This document shows, one piece after another, positions 36,536 through 47,368 of a stretch of 64,000 nucleotides of DNA. The notes under the pieces are model-generated. The model did no database searches, was not told where the DNA came from, and saw only the letters and a program-made list of their open reading frames with translations. The stretch is from assembly GCA_030390025.1 (NCBI GenBank), contig CM059432.1:21640001-21704000 (forward strand), given 5' to 3'. Position 1 is the stretch's first letter; each line of letters opens with the position of its first letter. Source of the stretch: Squalus acanthias (lineage: Eukaryota). The translations under genes and the position numbers were made by a program.

Positions 36536-37290
36536 TCGAATACTTCAAAAATAATTCAGTGGATGTAAAACACTTCAGGATGTCTTGAGGATGTGAAAGG
36601 TGCTTATTAAATAAACATTCAGAATCATCCTTATAAATATAAGTTGTTGTTGTTGTTGAATAATCACATAATTCATGACAGCCAAATTGTGTACAGTAAG
36701 GTCCCACTAACAATGAGACAGTTAAACTGTTTTATTTCGGTGGTGTTGGTTGAAGGATAAATTTTTGGCCAGAAGAACTCTTTGAATTGTGCCGTGGGAA
36801 CAGGCAGACAGAGGCCTTGGTTTAATGTTTCATCCAATAACCAGCACCTTTGACTCACAGGAGAGAAAGCTATCACTGAGAGAGATATAACTATGCCTCA
36901 ATTTGATCCATGTCAAAGGAATGATTTAGACAAATTGATAGAAACTAAAACATTTAGGAAGAATTGAGATGATACTGGGCAAAATAGCTTTGAGCTTAAA
37001 TGGCTTGATGGCCAATTTTAGATGGGATATTTTCAAAAGCAATTTAGGAGTGATTTCAGGAACAATCTTCATGCAAACTGTGATCAATGCTTGGAATGGT
37101 CTTCCAAGTATAGTGGAGACACAAACCTTAGATTCAAGATCCAGTTGAATGACAGAACGACTTATATTTTTTCCCCTCAATTAATGAGCTAAATTGGCCC
37201 TCATCTGTATTTATGTTGTGATCTTGTGATATAACTGAAGGTATTTGAATTGTAAATTTATGTCACCAAGTAATTTATTTTATCACACTA

Positions 37291-37863
37291 GGGCCTGGAA
37301 ATTGAATTGCACCCAAATCAGGGCATGATCTGATGCTGCGCATGCTGCAATTGCCTAATGAGACCAATGGCAGGACCACGACAAATTGGTACGCCGGCCT
37401 CATTAGGATAGTCCCAGTGAGTTGCAAGGGAAGCAAAATCAGGGCGGCAAGGACCTCAGGTGAGTCATGGAGGGAGGGGAGCAAATCGGGCGGGGGAAGA
37501 GCAGTGGCTAGCAGTGGCCCGCTGTTTAAAACTTACCTTTTTGCCGGTGGCCTCCAGCGGTCCCTTTAAGGCCCACTGGTTAGGCTGCATGCAGACTCGG
37601 TAATCCTGAACGCAGCCAGCCCACGCCGGTTGCATTCAGGTTAGTGTCATAAAACAGGCATTAGGTTCCTTATTAGTATATTCCAGAGGCCCACCGCCTG
37701 TTTTAGGCAGCTGCCAGAGATATCTCTGCAATACCCAAACCAACATGGCGGCAGATGTGTTTCCAAAGCTGTTCGGGCACTCAAGGTTGGCTCCCTAAAT
37801 TGGACCATTGAACACCTGTTTTCTACCTATACTATGGGTGCAACAAGATCTAACTTCACCCCC
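37291..37863. mobile_element. Old Harbinger-type MITE
   Basis: Termini GGGCCTGGAAATT / AACTTCACCCCC. Internal similarity to 33650 and 62838. Confidence 0.5.
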
Positions 37864-38043
37864 TCAGCATGCAGCCTGAATCACGAAGAGAATGTTTGTA
37901 TTTCCATCTGTTAGATGGTGCCAGCCAGATCTTTTTTTAAGAATATGCAGGCAGCAGTTGAATTGAAGTTGTCAGATCAATGTGGCTTCTATTATTTTTA
38001 TTCAGTGACACTTAGTAAGCATGGATATTAAATAGTGAGACAC

Positions 38044-38359
38044 TTGGAGTTAGCTGTGATGGCATCCCCATGGTCTAATAGACAATCGAGGTATGTTTCT
38101 ACAGGTAATGACCCCTGACAACTCACTATCAAGTTTCACACATGGTTTTCCCTATGACTCCGAGCTAAAGTCCATCTCTGTGCCATAAGAGCATCAAATT
38201 ATGACACAATTGGGTTTAGCAGTGATGGCCTCCCCATGGCCTAATAGAAATCCGAGGTATGTTTCTACGGTTAATGATCCCTGACAACTCACTATTAAGT
38301 TTCATGCATCATCTTCCCTATGACCCAGAGCTAAAGTCTGTGTCGTAATCTGTGCCATA
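38044..38359. repeat. Two-copy tandem duplication, period ~166 bp
   Basis: GAGGTATGTTTCTAC, CCTGACAACTCACTAT and GAGCTAAAGTC each occur twice, ~166 bp apart. Confidence 0.85.
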
Positions 38360-38875
38360 CAGATTAAGAAAGCTCCAGTTTTGAACCTTAGGCTGTGGAC
38401 AATTATCTGATCTTACCTGGGGCCATGCAGTAGGCTACAATGCTTGGGGTTAGGAATGTGAAGAATCTACCAGCGTTCCTGCTGCTGATTGCTTTGCAGA
38501 ATGGTTTGTAGGAAGGGCAGTGTCAAGACATGATCAGGTTCTGCTGTGATATCCTCCAGATAGTGTGTCACACTCCACATTCATAGACTAGGCGAGATAC
38601 TTGAGGGCTACTGGTGCACGTGGAACTATACACCAGTGACAGAGTCAAGGAAAGGAGGGGTGAAAACTGGAGGGAAAAGTTCACACAGGAAGCATGGTTA
38701 CAGGGTCAGTTAGCATAGGGCTACTTCTGCCTGTAAAGCGTACAACAGCATAATTCAGGAAAGGAGGAAAGAAATAAAATAAAGAAAAAATCTGCCTGCC
38801 TTATGAACAGTCATCAGTCACCTTCGCAATGTTGGCGGATATGGTATTCTGACTTGTGTTTTTATTCATTCGTGG

Positions 38876-39587
38876 TGTAAGACGTGTGGAATTACCCCTC
38901 GCCCCGTCCAACAGGTTCTAGAGTTCGGACTTGAGACTGATGAGAAATTACACCAGACACACGGGTTCTGTCTTTAACCTTTTATTGTTCCTAAGACAGA
39001 TTCAAAACCCCAACCACTATTCGAGCAGTTCACCAATAATATTACAGGAAATCATACACACAACCACCCGCCGATGATCGGTCCAGCGTTGATTGTAGGT
39101 CCTCATAAGCGAAAAGACTGGCCAGGCCCCTCCTTTCTCCGACTGCAGCCTGATCCTCGTAGGTGAGATGAGTGGCCAAGCCACCTTCTTCTGACTGCAG
39201 TGCTGATATTCTTTAGCTACTGTGCTTTATACAGCTTTCCTTGTCTTTTGCATTAAATCATTCATTCAGAGATAGTAAAACATTCCTTTAACGTTGGTCT
39301 GAGCTGTTTGAGCTGTCAAACTTTCACACTCACACATCTTGTGTGGCTATGCATCAGTTTGTGCTTATCACAGCCCAAAATTGTTCATTCACTCCTAAAG
39401 TTTACAAAGGTGGCAGAAAACCACTTGGTTCGGTTCATGAGTTACGTCGTATTCTGCATTTCAAAACTTCAAAGGTTTGACTTCTCACCTCAGAAAAGTC
39501 ACCAGACACACCATGTCTACAAGGCTTGTTTATCTCTGCTTTCTATCACTACCCCCTGCAGTCACAACCATGTTTCCTGCCTTATCA
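38876..39587 (-). mobile_element. Solo LTR (ERV/Gypsy type)
   Basis: TGTAAG...CTTATCA termini, flanks GTGG/GTGA. Minus-strand TATAAA (~39230) precedes AATAAA (~38985). Confidence 0.65.
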
Positions 39588-39592
39588 GTGAA

Positions 39593-39707
39593 CTCACATT
39601 TTTTGGATTGTTAATTCCGGCCTCCCGATTACTCGTGTACTACCATAAGCTCGTAATTTCAAATAAAACTGTTGGACTATAACCTGGTGTTGTGCGACTT
39701 CTCATTT
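39593..39707 (+). mobile_element. Chimeric insertion: local template copy plus a Penelope-like family A repeat fragment
   Basis: 11-bp TSD TTATCAGTGAA. 39593-39648 copies 40120-40175. 39649-39707 matches the Penelope repeat. Confidence 0.75.
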
Positions 39708-39824
39708 TTATCAGTGAAAGACTGCTTGTTACATTCACCAATTTTATTTCACTTTGTAAAACCTTTTTGCCTGGCAAAGCATTTCAAGAAATATTAAAAT
39801 TTAAGGGTCTGTATATACTTTCTA

Positions 39825-40195
39825 CAGTGGGATGTGGCCGGCACTATTGCCCACCCTTAGCCCTGACAAAGGAGTGGCTTGCTAGGGCAGTTAAGAGTCA
39901 ACAATGTTGATGTGGGAATGGAGTCACATATAGGCCAGACCGGGTAAAGACAGCAGACTTCGTTCTCTAAAGGACATTAGTGAACCAGTGCGTAGGATTT
40001 TTTGATGAAGCTGACCTGGACCCATCAAAATTTCACCCGACACTTTTACTGATGCCAGCTTTTTATTTCCAAATTTTAAAAAAATGCTCAAACTGCCTTG
40101 GCGTCATATGAACTATGAACTCACATTTTTTGTATTGTTAGTCCCGGCCTCCCGATTATTCGTGTACTACCATAACCACCACACTACCATACCCC
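39825..40195 (-). mobile_element. tRNA-derived SINE (same family as 27443)
   Basis: GGAGTCACATATAGGCCAGACCGGGTAA...CTAAAGGACATTAGTGAACCAG. Confidence 0.75.
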
Positions 40196-40320
40196 TTATT
40201 GTCAGCAAGTTCGAATCCATTTAGCTGAAACAGCCCTACAGCCAGGAAACTGCAAACAATGCAACTGAAATCACTGAGGACTCCTCCAAGTCAGTACAGT
40301 CATTGAGTACTTCAGTCATT

Positions 40321-40489
40321 GGGATAGAAATTGAATAGCTTGGGACGTCTAAAAAATGGGCCCCACAAATTTAGCAGTGGGACCAAGGCCTGCGTAGATT
40401 AGGCGCGAGCTGTCCCACTGCTAAATTAGTATGCTTTGTGCCCATTTTATGCATGAAAAATGGTTGCAACGTGTACCAGTTTCTACCCC
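40321..40489. mobile_element. 169-bp palindromic Harbinger/Tourist-type MITE
   Basis: TSD ATT. TIR GGGATAGAAATTG / CAGTTTCTACCCC. Internal 16-bp perfect inverted repeat AATTTAGCAGTGGGAC. Confidence 0.75.
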
Positions 40490-42018
40490 ATTATCTCTGT
40501 GGTGAGCCTGAAAAGTTTAATGTACTTAATGTCCGTAGCTGAATTTGTGTCTGTCAATCCTTTCCTCGGGCTATGGCTATAGCTTGTCTCTCTCTTCCCT
40601 TTTTTATTGGTGTATCACCCTTTCTGGACATCCTCCTCTGACAGGTCCATTCTTGGATTGCGAGGTGTTGCCTCAGCTATTATATGAACCAACCACAAAT
40701 CTCTGGTTCTTCTCGTAAAGATGCCAAACACTAGACAAAGTGTCTATTCTCCACCACAAACACACCACCCCCCCCACACCACCACCACCACCTGTGACAC
40801 CTATACCGTACCAGTTGAAAGCGGAGGCCACATAATGGTTGAAATAATTTTCCTCAATATCATTTTATCAAATTCTACGCGCCATAGCAATACAAATGTG
40901 GCAACAACTAGGCCAACTGCAGGCCAGAAACCTATCCGCAGTTATGGAGGGTAAGTGTGCACTGCTCTTTTTATCTGAACGTATTTGCTTGAAGAGCTAT
41001 CTGAACAGACAGGACTTATTTCAACACAGAAGATGAGTACAAGGGAGTAAAGCCATTGATGAGGCTAATGTGTAGGGCCTGAAGCTAGAAGAAGCAGGGA
41101 CCAGTGGGCAAGAGACAGAAATTAGAGATTATTCTACAATGCAAAGGAAGGCCCAACCATATCAAGGTTGCTTCAAGACTAAGACAGGAGCCTGGGGGAA
41201 GGCCCAAGGTTTGAATGTAAGCATTACACTAATTTGGGGACTAAACTTGGCACACAGGACAGTTTACAATAGTGCTGGTTAGGGGCAAACCAGCTAAGGC
41301 TTTTTGCAAATAAAATGTCTCTTTTACTTAACATTTGCCTACTGCTATCTGTTTTTATATCAATCAAACGTAGGATTTTTGGATGAAGCTGACCGTGACC
41401 CATCAAAATTTCACAATTTATCCCCTCCTTACAACATATGAGATGCTGTGTGAACAGATCAAGATTAACCACTTACCTTATTTAATTTTCCCTCCCAATA
41501 GTCACATTCACAGCACTTCTTTTATGAGCAGGCTGGGAAAGGTCTTTAAAAGGCAATAGTAATGGGACGACTGTTGTAAGCTTTTTATTTCGACTGGCAT
41601 TAAATTGACAGCAAGACCAATTCTTTTGAAACAATTTGGAGTAAGTTTATTAAACACACACACTCATGCACATCAAAGCAATAGCCTATTGGTATCTATG
41701 GACTCTACTCGATTACAACAGGTAAGGTAATGGGTTAGATTTAAACAGACTTGTACCTCGCTGAGTCAAGCAATGCACGCAGCCTTTTTCCTTGCTTCTT
41801 GGTCTGGTCTGTAGAGGGAGGGCTTCCTGCTTTTCCATGCGGTCATCCAGAGAGAGAGAGAGAGCCTTTGGATTCCTTATTTTATACCTTTTTAAGTCCA
41901 TTGTCTCTGGTCTAAATTGCTAAGACCCCAGGATTGGGTCTTAGTTTCATGGCAGTTCTTGCTTGGCTTTCCTTTGAACACGTGTCTGTCTGCAGTGGCT
42001 GGTGCCATTTCTTGATTA

Positions 42019-42366
42019 TGATGCGGAGATGCCGGTGTTGGACTGGGGTGGACAAAAATGAGAAGTCGCACAACACCAGGTTATAGTGCAACATATTTAT
42101 TTAAAATTACAAGCTTTCGGAGCTGTTGCCCCTTCGTCAGGTAAAGGTACAATGAGGGAATCTACAGTATTACACAGTATATAAACACAGAAAGCAATTT
42201 GTCTGCAGAGATACAATCTTTCAGGGAGGCATTACATCAAAGACACACCAGAGCACAGCCAAGACAATGAGATGGGTCACAGGGGGTCCAACGTGTCAAA
42301 TCCTGCCGTCTGCAGTTGAGCTTTTAACCTTTTTTTTGTTTTTTTCCCTTCTTTTTTTTTTGGTTA
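42019..42366 (-). mobile_element. Penelope-like (family A) 3' fragment
   Basis: 12-bp TSD ATTTCTTGATTA, family A tail and a hammerhead motif. Confidence 0.8.
42107..42144 (-). ncRNA. Minimal type I hammerhead ribozyme motif in the Penelope-like repeat
   Basis: UUAC-CUGACGA-A-GGGGC-AACA-GCUCC-GAAA-GCUU-GUAA: core boxes, 5-bp stem II, 4-bp helix I and palindromic AAGCUU. Confidence 0.65.
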
Positions 42367-43138
42367 ATTTCTTGATTAAATTGATTGTTTGTTAACACCT
42401 TTTAATGGCTCTTGAGTTTCGATGGGTTTTCGATGCTGTCTCTGTGGGGGGTTATCCTGTTATGCAGGTTTCCTTTGTTAAGTTTCGCGCCGTTGCCTTG
42501 AGCGGGGAGATCCATACACATCAAATTCATCTTTATTACATACATCTTATATTAATAGTCTCGAGTCCATCACACATACAAAACATATATTTTTATTCTT
42601 ACACTGTGCTATTGGCCTAAAAAATGGCAGCTGATGAAGGATTTTGATGTTGAACATTTCTGAGGAGATCGCCCTGTTGGTTTCAAGCAGAAAATGACAC
42701 ACTTGCTTTGGAAGCACTATTGGAAGGCAAGCACAAAGAGCTGTTGCCATGGGAAAAAATACTCTCTGAGATGTTAATCCATGCTGCCAAGGGCACTATC
42801 TGATTGCACTATCACTGAAGTCAAGGCTGCCACTGTAAGATAAACCCAGTTACAGAGACACCATTTAACATTACCGATGGCTATTTTACAAATGGTGCTG
42901 TGTCAGCACTAAAACAGTTGGAAAAAAGCCTCTAGCAGATCTTATTGCAACTGGATCGCAGTTTCAGCTAATGTTGGGTATATTTCTTTCTGTGCCTTTG
43001 TAAACAATGGGTGTGCTTGTGCACCCTGCCCTCAGGCAAAAGATATCACTTTTGCCTTCTTTGCTCAGAGGTTGTGTTATATACATAGACACCTATTCTC
43101 ATAAACTAAATACACAAACATTAAGTATTGAAAATATG

Positions 43139-43322
43139 GTGGTGAAATTCAACTTCGGCGGGTGAGCAAAAAGAGCGGTAGTGGATTGGGCGCTTGTTCT
43201 ATGCACCGCCAGTCTTTCCTCTCCATTGACTTCAACGGAAATATAAATCAGGCGGGTAGATAACAGGCGGGCGATCTGCTACCACCCATTTTGTGGCCAC
43301 TCTGCCGTTGAATTTTACCCTC
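43139..43322. mobile_element. Short palindromic MITE
   Basis: GGTGAAATTCAAC / GTTGAATTTTACC, imperfect internal symmetry, probable ATG TSD. Confidence 0.55.
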
Positions 43323-43550
43323 ATGCCATGTGATAACGAACATTAATTTTGATAGTGTAAAATGGGTGTTAACGAATCTGCAACCCCTTTTCTATCTCTC
43401 CCGATTTTTAGTTCCATCTCCCGGTGCTCCATTCCACCTTTAAACAACACCACCAAAAAACATTAACTGGTTGTACATTTTATGGCTGCTTGCGGGACCT
43501 TGCTGTTATCTAAGTGGCTGCTGCATTCGTATGCATAACAGTAAGCCCAT

Positions 43551-44297
43551 AATCTTCTTCTTAGCCAGTCCCTCGGAACCGAGGATGACTTGCTTCCACA
43601 TTAAAAATGAGTTCTCAGGTGACTGATGAGTCCAATGTGGGACCTACAGTCTCTGTCACAGGTGGGGCAGACGGTGGTTGAAGGGGCGGGTGGGTGGGGT
43701 GCTTGGGTTGACGTGCGCTCCTTGCGCTGCCTGTGTTTGGCTTCCGCTTGCTCCCGGCAAAGAGACTCGAGGTGTTCGGCGCCTTCCCGGATGCTTCTCC
43801 TCCACTTTGTGCGGTCTTGGGCCAGGGATTCCCAGGTGTCGGTGGGGATGTTACACTTTTTCAAGGAGGCTTTGAGGGTGTCCTTGAAGCGTTTCCTCTG
43901 CCCACCTGGGGCTCTCTTGTCGTGCCGGAGTGCCGAGTAGAGCGCTTGTTTTGGGAGTCTCTTATCGGGCATGCGGACAATGTGACCCGTCCATCGGAGC
44001 TGATTGAGCGTGGTCAAAGCTTCGATGCTGGGGATGTTGGCCTGAGCGAGAACACTGACGTTGGTGTGCCTATCCTGCCAATGGATTTGCAGGATCTTGC
44101 GGAGGCAGCGTTGGTGATACCTCTCCAGTGCTTTGAGGTGCCTGCAGTACATGGTCCATGTCTCTGAGGCATACAGGAGGGCGGGTATCACTGCTGCTCT
44201 GTAGACCATGAGCTTGGTGCCGGGTTTGAGGTCCTGGTCTTCAAACACTCTCTTCCTCAGGCGACCAAAGGCTGCACTGGCACACTGAAGGCAGTTT
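43551..44297 (-). mobile_element. RTE-clade LINE 3' portion
   Basis: ASAAFGRLRKRVF...TKLMVYRAAVIPALLYASETWT...LRWTGHIVRM. About 95% identical by eye to 26437-26884. Confidence 0.92.
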
Positions 44298-45279
44298 GAG
44301 AATTCCATAATGCAATGGATTGTCTATGAAGTGCTTTGGGATGTTTCTGAGAGAAGGTGCTTCATTAATGCAGGTTCTTTCTTCGACTGTTCACTATTTT
44401 TAGTGGGGAGATTAACACGTTTAAAATAAATGGGCTAAACTAGCAAGAGAGGTCTTTCAGATGAGCCTGCTAAGAGCTCCTAAGCTACTATGTCATTGCA
44501 TAATTCCAATGTTAAGTATCATTTCTATGCTTTGTATGAGTTTCTATGATCAGTGGTTAATGCGCATGAATCGGATGTCCTTTATGTAGGTTGCTGTAAT
44601 TCAAAAAGCACTATTAAAGTTAAATAAGGATTACATAAAATGATTTATATATATTTTACAAATAATGCCACAGGGCCTTAAAATATTCTGGAAATTGCGC
44701 TATATAATTTGCAAGCTACACAGATCCGTACAAATCTTCTCGATAAGTGAATTCAAGCTTGTGGTAAAGAGGCTGTGTTTCGAAGAATTGACTGCAATGT
44801 GATCAGAGCAAGGATTGCATTCAAAATTTCTCCAACTCAGCTTTATTTGCACAGGAAAATAAAAGCCTTCTCCACTCAGGACCAGTCAGAGTGTTGCTGA
44901 TTAGCTCCAAGCCCACTGCTTTGTGGGCAATTTATTATACTTCCCTTTTCAGACTCAGCACTGGTTTACAGCGCAGTCAGCTTCAAAGCTTTCAGGTATG
45001 TCATGCAGGTGTTTAATGAAGGACCGCTACAAAACCAGAAGGACACTTGTCAGAGGTTAAGGAATCCATCGTACTGTTTTGCCCATCCGTTGACTTTAAT
45101 GCTTTGTTGGTTTGATTTGTATAAACTGCCTTCAGTGCACTCTCAAGTTAATGGAAGTGGAATATGAATGTTTTTTCTCCTTCTATATCACTAATTACTT
45201 GTGTGTCATAATTGGCTTTGACTCATCTAAACCTTTTAAATTTGGATATCATGAAATGATTTCACCTTTTAGGAGGACG

Positions 45280-45540
45280 AATTAAGCTTGAAAGGCTGCT
45301 ATCTCTGTCCTTATTTTAAGTTTGTTATGATCTGGAATTCACTACCTGAAACGGGTGGTGGAAGCAGATTCAATAGAACTTTCAAATGGTAATTGGATAA
45401 ATACCTGAAATGGAAAAAATTGCAGGGCTTTGGGGAAAGAGTGGGGAAGTGGGACTAATTGGATAGCTTTTTAAAGAGCTGGTATGAGCACGATGGGCTG
45501 AATGGCCTCCTTCTCTGCTGTATGATTCTATGATTCTAAC
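45280..45540 (+). mobile_element. CR1 3' end
   Basis: TGGAATTCACTACCT...GAATGGCCTCCTTCT...(GATTCTAT)n. Confidence 0.85.
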
Positions 45541-46001
45541 TTTTCTTTTCCCTTCACTTCACTTTTTTCCATTCTTCCACTGAAAGCATGGACTCATACT
45601 GGGGTCCATTTCATGGGTGCTGGTAGCTCTCCAGTATCTCTTCTCATTGCCCGTTGTTTATTCGTGAGCCAAAGCGTTGAATGTTGCAGGCTATTCAACT
45701 TTGGCACGATGTTGCAGCCGAGCTCGACGATTGATTCCCGAGAATGTGCAGCAGATAGCAGGTCAATGAGAGGAGTTCACTACCTGAATCTATGGAACCA
45801 TGATGGATGGCTGTGCAGCACCATAGTCCACCCTGGAGTGTGTGGCAGCTCCCATAACTGAGGCCCAAGGACATTCGTTGCTTCTGCCATTGATGCTCAG
45901 ACTTCCGCCACAGAGGCCTTGAGGAGTGGAGATGACTGTTTCTACTGCTTTTATCGGCTTAGCAAGCCGTTACAATTTCTAAGGGCTTTACAGATTTCAT
46001 T

Positions 46002-46457
46002 GAAAAGAAAGAAAGACTTGCATTTATATAGCGCCTTTCATGACCTCAGGACGTCCTAAATTGCTTTACAACCAATGAGGTAATTTTGAAGTGTAGTCAC
46101 TGTTGTAAAATAAACACAGCAGCCAATTTGTGTACAGCAAGCTCCCACAAACAGCAATATGATAATGATCAGATAATCTGTTTTAGTGATGTTATTTGAG
46201 GAGTAAATATTGGCAAGGACCCAGGTAGAACTCCCCTGCTCTTCTTTGAAATAGTGTCATGGGATATTTTACATCCATCTGAGAGGTCAGATGGGGCCTC
46301 AGTTTAATGTCTCATCCAAAAGTCAGCATCTCTGACAGTGCAGCACTGCAATGGAGTGTCGGCCTAGAATTGGTGCTCATGTCTCTGGAGTGTGACCTTA
46401 ACCCACAACCTTCTGACTCAGCAGCAGGAGTACTACTCATTGAGCCACGGCTGACAC
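46002..46457 (-). mobile_element. Full-length SacSINE1-like DeuSINE
   Basis: Reverse complement of the family at 21046 and 63289, with a (CTTT)n tail. Confidence 0.85.
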
Positions 46458-46495
46458 TGTATTGGTACCATTAAGTCTGCTTTCTTGCAGATTAG

Positions 46496-47368
46496 TAGGA
46501 ACATAGGAACAGGAGTAGGCCATTCAGCCCCTCGAACCTGCTCTGCCATTCAATGAGATCATGGCTGATCTGCGATCTAACTCCATATACCCGCCTTTGG
46601 CCCATATCCCTTAATATCTTTGGTTAACAGAAAGCTATCAATCTCCGATTTAAAATTAACAATTGATCTAGCATCAATTGCCATTTGCAGAGGAGAGTTC
46701 CAAACTTCTACCACCCTTTGTATGTAGAAATGTTTCCTAATTTCACTCCTGAAAGGTCTGGCTCTAATTTTTAGATGATGCCCCCTAGTCCTAGACCCCC
46801 CCAACCAGTGGAAATAGTTTCTCTCTATCTACCCTATCTGTTCCTCTTAATATCTTGAAAACTTCGATCAGATCACCCCTTAACCTTCTAAATTCTAGGG
46901 AATACAACCCTAATTTGTGTAATCTCTCCTCGTAACTTAACCCTTGAAGTCTGGGTATCATTCTGGTAAATCTACGCTGCACTCCCTCCAAGGCCAATAT
47001 ATCCTTCCTAAGGTGTGGTGCCCAGAACTGCTCACAGTACACCAGGTGTGGTCTAACCAGGGTTTTGTATAGCTGTAGCATAACTTCTACCCCCTTGTAT
47101 TCTAATCCTCTAGATATAAGACCAGCATCCCATTAGCCTTTTTGATTATTTTCTGTACCTGTTCATGATATTTCAATGATCTGTGTACCTGGACCCCCAA
47201 GTCTCTTTGGACCTCCACTGTTTTTAGCCTTTCACCATTTAGAAAGTACTCTATTCTATCCTTTTTAGGTCCAAAGTTGATGACCTCACATTTACCTACA
47301 TTGAAATCCATTTGCCACAGTTTTGCCCATTCACTTAATCTGTCGATATCCCTTTGTAATTTTATGCT
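46496..47368 (-). mobile_element. 5'-truncated CR1 LINE
   Basis: FNVGKCEVI, LYKTLVRPHL, RRFTRMIP and a (TAGGAACA)n tail. Confidence 0.92.

Larger units (their letters stand above)
41575..42603 (-). mobile_element. Solo LTR with a nested Penelope-like insertion
   Basis: Perfect TGTAAG...CTTACA termini and perfect 4-bp TSD CTGT. Minus-strand TATAAAA (~41885) then AATAAA (~41650). Confidence 0.8.
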
